Shown in pieces: positions 25,700 to 31,489 of a DNA stretch of 31,489 nt; the first letter of the stretch is position 1; the number at the start of each line of letters is the position of its first letter. The stretch spans positions 1 through 31,489 of the forward strand of contig JBKPAK010000309.1 of NCBI GenBank assembly GCA_046726415.1. Direction: 5' to 3'. The DNA comes from Candidatus Methylomirabilota bacterium (GTDB lineage: Bacteria; Methylomirabilota; Methylomirabilia; Rokubacteriales; CSP1-6). Below the pieces are notes generated by a model. The model did not search any database. It was given only the letters and a program-made list of their open reading frames with translations, and was not told where the DNA came from. The position numbers and the translations under genes were made by a program.

Positions 25700-25875
25700 C
25701 CGAGCTCGCGGGCAACGGCGGCCACCGCGACGGGAGCACGTTTGCCGTGGCCGACGAGATGGCGGTAGCGACGGTGCAGCCCTGTTGCGCGCGCCAGGCC
25801 TGGGCCACGACGGCCGGCGGTTGGCCCTCACTCCGCAGGGCCAGGGCGCGCCCGACGGTGAGACGGTGCCGATAA
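25700..25875 (-). mobile_element. IS110-family transposase C-terminal fragment
   Basis: YRHRLTVGRALALRSEGQPPAVVAQAWRAQQ (shift) LHRRYRHLVGHGKRAPVAVAAVAREL. Confidence 0.8.
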
Positions 25876-25925
25876 CGAGCTCTCCGGGAAACCCGGGGCG
25901 GTTCACTGCCGGCCGGCGGGCAGAG

Positions 25926-28694
25926 CTACAGGGGGCGCGTTCTCGCCGAAGCGATCTTCAGTTTCCAACTCTCTGCGGGCGTCCCGTCGAGCTTGAGATG
26001 AGAGGCCAGAAAGTAGAGCCGTTGCGTGGCGGCCCCGTTCGGAGCCGCCTTGAATCGGTCGTTGAGGTAGTAGGGCGGCATGGATTGATAGTAGAGCGTG
26101 GCCTGCACGGTGGTGCGTGCTGGCTTCACCCCGGCGGGCAGCCTGATCCAGTAGGTGATGTGATCGGTACCCTGGCCATTCACGTAGTCGGGATCGCCGT
26201 CCACATGCTCAGCGTGGGTGGATTCGAGGAACCGGCCGTTGAGCGACGGGTCGGGGCCGTGCTCGGTCCAACCGATCGGCAAGAGCCGATTGTCCTTGAC
26301 CGTCTGGGCTCGGCGGATGAAGCTGGTCGTGAACTTGCCCTCGGCGTTCTTGGTCAACTCCTCGTAGATCTGCACCTGATTCGGGGCGGTGATCAGCTGG
26401 TAGTGCGGCTGAAACCGCTGTTGCACGCGCCCCTCTCCGTCGGTGTACTCGGTGAAGAACTCCGTCGGCAGTACGTCACCTTTCCTGTCCACGATGACTC
26501 CCTGTTTGTTGGTGCGGCCCGACGCCCAGACCAGCCGCTCCCGGCCTTTGTGGTTCTCGAAGACCAGCAGCTCGATGAAGGCTCGGCGGAAACCCACGCC
26601 GCTGGGGAACCGATGCCCGGCCAGATTGGTGACGGCCACTTGGGCGGTGATGATGTGGGGGCCGGTGTCCCGGGCCGACACCTGAATGGTTGCCGTTCTC
26701 TCCTGGGCTTGCCGGGCAAAGTTGTCAATGCCGTCCTGAAGGTCGGTGCGCGAGCCGCTCATGTAGTCGTCCAGGCGCACGCCGAGCACGTCGTTGAACT
26801 GCTTGAACATCTCCAGCAGGAAGACGTTCAGCCCCTGAAATTCGTGGCGCTTGAAGCCGTCCCGGGCTCGGATCTTGAGCTCGCTTTCCGGCGCGCGGTG
26901 CTCGGCCTCCGGGTAATCCTGATCCTGGATGATGGCCATCTTGTCGACGATCTGGTCGACCCGGATGCCCTTCTTCTCGCTGTGGTAGTGGCCGGGCATG
27001 TGGCAGCCCTGACACGTCTTGGCGTTGGGACCGGGAGTGCCGAATTCGTTCTGGTACTGACTGTTGAGCCACTCCAGATAGGTCACCTGTTCCAGGGAGC
27101 GTTGGCCCGGCTGCCCATCGACCACGGGCAGGTCGATCGTGTGGCAACTGCCGCACAGGCGCGCGGAGCGGAGGTAGGGGTTGAATTTCGGCGTGATCCC
27201 GATGGCGTTGGTCATGGTGTACGGAGCGATCTCGTCGTCCCGGAAGGGGCCGAAGATCGTATCCGGAGCCACGATCTGGAAACGGCCCGTGATGGAATTC
27301 CGCAAGAAGTATTCGAGGGGCGGCACCCCGGGTGGTGCCTGGTCGGGAATCACCCGGTGACAGACCCCGCAACTGATGCCGTCGCGGGCCAGGGCGCCAT
27401 ACTTGAGATGGGGATTGCCGCGGTCGGTGAGCTGGAGGAACTCCAGCTCGAAATTGCCGCCGCCCGGCGTGTCGGCGTCGAGCTGCCGCTTGCCCATGAC
27501 GCCGTGACAGCTCAGACAGGTATTTCTCACGTCCCGGGTCAGCTGCGTGTTCAGGGGAGGGGGAAGCGTCTCGAGGTAGGCCAGCTCGCTGTCGAGCTGG
27601 GCGTAGAAGACCGGATCGCGCCCGGCCAGGCCCATCGGCGACCAGCGCCATTCACCGTAGGGCGAGACGTTGGCGCCGACGATCGCACCCGGTGGGGCCA
27701 GGGGCGACGGCAGGAACATCGTGGGCCCGAATGGCCCGTTCAACCCGCCGTGATACGGCATGCACTGGCTGGAACTGATGAACTGGCCGCCCACCGCCGG
27801 CGCCACCACGTGGTCGTACGTCTCTGACGGCATCGTCTGGACGCTCGAGAGCGACACGCCGGGAATCGAGGTGAACGTGCGCAAGAAGTCTTCATCGGAT
27901 GGCCGCGCGGGTCCAGGCGGGATGGGCGGGAAACTGTTGCCATGATCATCATCAGGGATGATCTGAACCAACCGCCAGGAGCCGTCATCGAAGAAGTGGA
28001 TCGGCTCTCCGGGGAATCCCTTGATGTTGTTGAGCGCGGCAAACGTCTGCTCTTTCTCGGTGGTGGCGTGGCAGCGCACGCAGTACAACCCGAAGCCCGC
28101 CCACGGGTATCGAAAGGGCGGCTGGTCGTCGTCGAACGTCATCTCATCGAAGAACTCGCCCCAGAACCAGCCGTCCTTCGCGCCGGTCGAGTCCTTGATC
28201 ATGACCGTCCAGTTGGACGCCTGGGGCAGCTGGTCCTCGCGCAAGCCAGCGTAGCGGGCGGCCGGTGGCCGATACTGTTCCTTGACGATCATGGCGCCGT
28301 CGGGGATCATCCCCTCCCGGCTCTGGATGAGCCAGTGCATCGCCTTCGGCGAGTAATAGACGCGTACGCTGGGGTGGGTTCCGTAATAGACGCCTTGCAC
28401 GAACGGCCCCGTATCGCGAAACGGCGAACCGTTCGAGCCCTTGTCCCCGCACCAGCCGAGTCGCTTGTACTCGCCGCTCTGCAGAAAGGCGAGGATCCGC
28501 TTCTCGAAGTCGACGAACTGAGCGGGCGGCACGGTGCTGGGGAGCGGCAGCGAGTGTTCCGGCGCGCTCGCACATGGCGAGGGTGCATCGTCGGCCAGCG
28601 CGACAGCTGGTTGCCGTCTGGCCGAGTCAGAGGGGGCACCGTAGCCCGCCACCAGCACGCCGACCAGCATCGACACTTTCATCAGTCGGCGCAT
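25926..28694 (-). CDS. Exported multiheme c-type cytochrome with N-terminal cytochrome P460-like domain
   Basis: Signal-like N-terminus from ATG 28694; PDGAMIVKEQY, WTVMIKDS, GWFWG, CVRCH (P460-like); further CLSCH, CGVCH, CGSCH, CQGCH plus degenerate CMPYH; C-terminal GHRFPSG motif. Confidence 0.88.
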   Translation of the reverse strand: MRRLMKVSMLVGVLVAGYGAPSDSARRQPAVALADDAPSPCASAPEHSLPLPSTVPPAQFVDFEKRILAFLQSGEYKRLGWCGDKGSNGSPFRDTGPFVQGVYYGTHPSVRVYYSPKAMHWLIQSREGMIPDGAMIVKEQYRPPAARYAGLREDQLPQASNWTVMIKDSTGAKDGWFWGEFFDEMTFDDDQPPFRYPWAGFGLYCVRCHATTEKEQTFAALNNIKGFPGEPIHFFDDGSWRLVQIIPDDDHGNSFPPIPPGPARPSDEDFLRTFTSIPGVSLSSVQTMPSETYDHVVAPAVGGQFISSSQCMPYHGGLNGPFGPTMFLPSPLAPPGAIVGANVSPYGEWRWSPMGLAGRDPVFYAQLDSELAYLETLPPPLNTQLTRDVRNTCLSCHGVMGKRQLDADTPGGGNFELEFLQLTDRGNPHLKYGALARDGISCGVCHRVIPDQAPPGVPPLEYFLRNSITGRFQIVAPDTIFGPFRDDEIAPYTMTNAIGITPKFNPYLRSARLCGSCHTIDLPVVDGQPGQRSLEQVTYLEWLNSQYQNEFGTPGPNAKTCQGCHMPGHYHSEKKGIRVDQIVDKMAIIQDQDYPEAEHRAPESELKIRARDGFKRHEFQGLNVFLLEMFKQFNDVLGVRLDDYMSGSRTDLQDGIDNFARQAQERTATIQVSARDTGPHIITAQVAVTNLAGHRFPSGVGFRRAFIELLVFENHKGRERLVWASGRTNKQGVIVDRKGDVLPTEFFTEYTDGEGRVQQRFQPHYQLITAPNQVQIYEELTKNAEGKFTTSFIRRAQTVKDNRLLPIGWTEHGPDPSLNGRFLESTHAEHVDGDPDYVNGQGTDHITYWIRLPAGVKPARTTVQATLYYQSMPPYYLNDRFKAAPNGAATQRLYFLASHLKLDGTPAESWKLKIASARTRPL

Positions 28695-28914
28695 GGGCTG
28701 ACTATGGGACTCCCCGGCGCGCGCTGTCAAGGCAGGTACTCCGCGGTGCTGGTACTCCGCGGCGGTCGCGACGTCGCCGTCGAGCGGGAAGCCGGCGGAC
28801 ATCTCACCATAAGAGTTGCGGCGAAATTGCCGGTGATGTGCCCACGCCTGCTGAACCCGCCGGCGCGCTCGTTCTTCCTGTTCGGCACCCGCGGTCCGGG
28901 CGCCGCGACCGATG

Positions 28915-29284
28915 CGCCCTGACGGGGTCGAGCGCGCGCTGGCTGCGCCGGGAACACGCAAATCTCCTGGCCACCCGCGTGGTCAATCGCCGCTTCTTTC
29001 CCCGACGGCAGCCGAGCTGGGTGATGACTTTCGCCGCGACCACGCTCTGCGCTGGGGCACGCTTCCGGCCGTCGCGTCGGAGCCTGAATTGCAGGGGCGG
29101 CTGGACCTCCTCGAAGCCTACGTCGCGAACTACATCGCCCAGGAGGTCCGACTGGAAGCGGCGGTTCGCCGGCTCGACGCGTTCACCCGATTTCTCGAGA
29201 TCGCGGCCCTAGCCAACGCCCAGGTGACGAACGTCAGCGGGCTCGCGCGCGGCGCGGCGGTGGCGCGGCCCACCGGCCAGGGCT
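28915..29284 (+). pseudogene. AAA_14/DUF4143 ATP-binding protein internal fragment
   Basis: LTGSSARWLRREHANLLA...RRFFP (shift) TAAELGDDF...LRWGTLP...YVANYIAQEVRLEA...FTRFLEIAALANAQVTN; ends at the IS left end. Confidence 0.8.
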
Positions 29285-29992
29285 TGTCGTTCGACAAAAC
29301 CCCGGCCGGCGGACACGGGTTGATCCGACGCTGATCTCGGGACAATCTCAGCTCAATGATCACCCTCCTGCTCCAACTGCTTCGTCTCTTCCCTTTCCTC
29401 TGCGGCGGACACGTCAGCTCGCCCTCGAGAACCTCGCCTTACGTCGTCAAGTTGCCGTGTACGAGCGAACGGTAGGCCGGCCCAGGCTGCGCACGGCGGA
29501 TCGCCTGTTCTGTGTTGGCCTGACCAAGGTCTGGGCCGGGTGGAGGCAGTCCCTCGTGTTCGCGACTCCCGACACCGTCGTGCATTGGCAGCGACGCCGT
29601 TTCCGCAAGCACTGGGCCAAGCTCTCTGGAAGGCGCCCGGTGGGCCGCCCATCTGTTAACGTCGAGATCATCGCCCTCGTCCGAAGAATGGCCCACGCCA
29701 ATTCGCTATGGGGGGCGCCCCGAATTCATGGCGAACTCCTGAAGCTCGGCATCGACGTGGCGGAGCGCACGGTCTCCCGCCTGATCCCGAAGCGCCCGCT
29801 GCCTCCCTCGCAGACGTGGCGCACGTTCCTCACGAACCATGTCCGGGGCCTGGTCTCGATCGACTTGTTCACCGTTCCCACCGCTCGGTGGCGGGTGCTC
29901 TTCGTCCTCGTCGTGCTCGCTCACCATCGGCGCCGAGTCCTACACCTCAACGTCACCGAGCATCCCACCGCGGCGTGGTCCGGCGAAGGACA
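29285..29992 (+). mobile_element. IS481-like (rve integrase-core) element, frameshifted and internally deleted
   Basis: Left end tgtcgttcgacaaaaccc; ATG 29356; ENLALRRQ, PDTVVHWQR, GRP, WGAPRIHGELLKLGI, SQTWRTFL, SIDLFTV, NVTEHPTAAW; then ggcgaaggaca resembling a right end. Confidence 0.88.
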
Positions 29993-29994
29993 GG

Positions 29995-30420
29995 TCAGCG
30001 GAAGGGATTGATGGCCCGAACGGTGCCGTACAGACGGTCGTGCTGAAAGTCCTCCGAAATCAGCTCGGGCAGGCCGTACGTCTCCGCATACGCCCACAGG
30101 TGAGCGTCGAACCAGCCGAGCTGATACGCGGCCCAGCCTCGGATAGCCGTGCGCAGCAGTAGCTCGGTCGGGTAGAGAATCACGAACTGGGAGAGGATCT
30201 CTTCAGCTTCGCGGCGCGCGTCATCGGGCGCGAGGAGTGGGTCACCGCCGTCGAGAGGTCGCGTGACCGCGGCCATGAATTCGACCACGGCCTGATGCGG
30301 GATACGCACCTGATCCTCCACGAGCCCTCTGCGGAGGAGCGCAGTGGCGATCTCCTGCTTGTCAGAAAATCGGGGATCGAAGCGGTAGACCAGGATGTTG
30401 GTGTCAACGAGGCCGAGCAC
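29995..30420 (-). CDS. vapC: VapC-family PIN-domain toxin
   Basis: LVDTNILVY, QAVVEF, WFDAHLWAYA, LISEDFQH...VRAINPF. Confidence 0.92.
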   Translation of the reverse strand: MLGLVDTNILVYRFDPRFSDKQEIATALLRRGLVEDQVRIPHQAVVEFMAAVTRPLDGGDPLLAPDDARREAEEILSQFVILYPTELLLRTAIRGWAAYQLGWFDAHLWAYAETYGLPELISEDFQHDRLYGTVRAINPFR

Positions 30421-30691
30421 GACGGTACAGGTCCTCCCGCGTCCAGCCGCGCCGCTTCGCCGTCGCCGCGCCGCCGCGACCCGTCTGCCTCTTCCGCTGG
30501 CGCGCCGTGGCCCCGTCGAACAGCCGGAGCCGGAGCTCGAGATCGGCCACGGGAGGTCGGTGGCCTGGGGGAATGACTCGGATCGTCTCGCCGGCGGCCA
30601 CCCACTCGATGTCGTCTCCTGGGTGGATTCCGTATTGCTCCGCGATGACCTTGGGCACCGTAACCTGGAGCTTGCTCGTCACCTTGGCCAT
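30404..30691 (-). CDS. vapB: AbrB/MazE/SpoVT-family antitoxin
   Basis: MAKVTSKLQVTVPKVIAEQYGIHPGDDIEW...WTREDLY; overlaps the PIN gene. Confidence 0.92.
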   Translation of the reverse strand: MAKVTSKLQVTVPKVIAEQYGIHPGDDIEWVAAGETIRVIPPGHRPPVADLELRLRLFDGATARQRKRQTGRGGAATAKRRGWTREDLYRRARPR

Positions 30692-30697
30692 GTCCTT

Positions 30698-30725
30698 ACT
30701 CTAGCAAGGAAGTCATCCTTGTCAA
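30698..30725 (-). promoter_or_regulatory. Sigma70 promoter with inverted-repeat operator for the AbrB-VapC operon
   Basis: Minus strand TTGACA-16 bp-TAGAGT; CAAGGA-N5-TCCTTG at 30705-30721; ATG 6 nt after the -10 box. Confidence 0.7.
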
Positions 30726-30888
30726 GACGCGCACGTCAACAGTCCGGCCGAACTGGCATCGCGCGACGAGCGGACGCATCCCGAGCTGGCCGGGTAACGT
30801 CATGGCGGCCCAGTACTGGGTCTCGGCGGATGCCAGCCGGTCGCCGGCGGCGCCGATCGACGAGGAGCCGCAGGCAGCAGGCTTCGTC

Positions 30889-31018
30889 GTACTCGAAGTG
30901 ACCGTCGTCGGAGGGTGAAGAGATCGAGTTGGAAGTTCTTGGAGCTGTCATGCCGGACGTGCTCGCGGTCGATCATCACGCGCAGGCGCAGGTCCCACTG
31001 CGGGAAGTTCTCGGGAAG
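30889..31018 (-). mobile_element. IS1380-like transposase internal fragment
   Basis: PQWDLRLRVMIDREHVRHDSSKNFQLDLFT (shift) DDGHFEY resembles the IS1380 QLDLF...Y segment. Confidence 0.6.
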
Positions 31019-31206
31019 AGGGCCTGAAGCGCGACGATGGCTCCCCCCGACGGCGAAATCAAGAGTCCCCGAAACTGCATCGGGCGCTGGTGTTCACCTC
31101 CCCGGGTGAATCGCCGTGACGCGGTTGTGCTTGACTTGACGCCAGCAGAGCCGCCAGTCCGGACGGGCGCCGCTCACCGTCCGAGCCCGACGGCGTCGTC
31201 GACGCC

Positions 31207-31488
31207 CTACTTCTCCCCCAGGTAGGTTTTCCGTATGAGGTCCGAGCCCAGCAGTGCGTCCGCCGCGTCGTGCAGCACGATCCGGCCCGTCTGGATCACG
31301 TAGCCGCGATTCGCCACGCGCAGCGCCATCCGCGCGTTCTGCTCCACCAGAAGCATCGTCGTCCCCTGCCGGTTCACCTCCTTGATGATCTGGAAAATGG
31401 TGTCGACAAGAAGCGGCGAGAGGCCCATCGACGGCTCGTCGAGGAGCAGCAACGCGGGCCGCGCCATCAGCGCGCGGCCGATGGCGAG
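31207..31488 (-). CDS. livF: Branched-chain amino acid ABC transporter ATP-binding protein (5' partial)
   Basis: LAIGRALMARPALLLLDEPSMGLSP (Walker B/D-loop), LLVEQNA, RGYVIQTG...YLG. Confidence 0.92.
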   Translation of the reverse strand, partial: LAIGRALMARPALLLLDEPSMGLSPLLVDTIFQIIKEVNRQGTTMLLVEQNARMALRVANRGYVIQTGRIVLHDAADALLGSDLIRKTYLGEK

Positions 31489-31489
31489 C

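Noticed and set aside
25785..27827. 680-aa plus-strand ORF (likewise 27942-28922, 17456-18589, 23275-24183, 4100-5104, 3805-4941)
   Set aside because: Antisense or alternate-frame shadows of well-supported genes.
16095..29284. Calling the S8 loci IetAS or AVAST
   Set aside because: No intact AAA or STAND ATPase gene is adjacent; the only ATPase pieces are distant, unrelated fragments.
1..31489. CRISPR array, tRNA or rRNA
   Set aside because: No regularly spaced repeats or tRNA/rRNA-like sequences were recognised by eye.

Overview
High-GC bacterial accessory region. A few small-protein remnants resemble families I associate with Rokubacteria/Methylomirabilota, but the taxonomy is only an inference. 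It is bounded by a partial LigC-type DNA ligase (left) and a partial LivF ABC ATPase (right). About 20 apparently intact genes are present, including a sulfatase-like membrane protein, ChaA, a CGNR regulator, a GlcG/HbpS heme protein, small HTH genes, HxlR-SCP2, DUF1330, a PhyH dioxygenase, two VapBC-type TA pairs and a P460-multiheme cytochrome. They sit among about 20 short, abruptly joined gene fragments and IS relics (IS481-like/rve, IS110, IS256, IS1380, tyrosine integrase). The most notable part is 16.1-23.9 kb. It holds a cytoplasmic Csp-like S8 protease translationally coupled to an insertion-enlarged ComEC/Avs1a-like MBL hydrolase, a divergent (3'-truncated) alpha/beta hydrolase, and a second S8 protease followed by a Trypco2-like protein with an apparent signal peptide. 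This looks like a candidate subtilase-activated conflict/anti-phage island. All family calls come from motif recognition by eye; no searches were run. No tRNA, rRNA or CRISPR array was seen.
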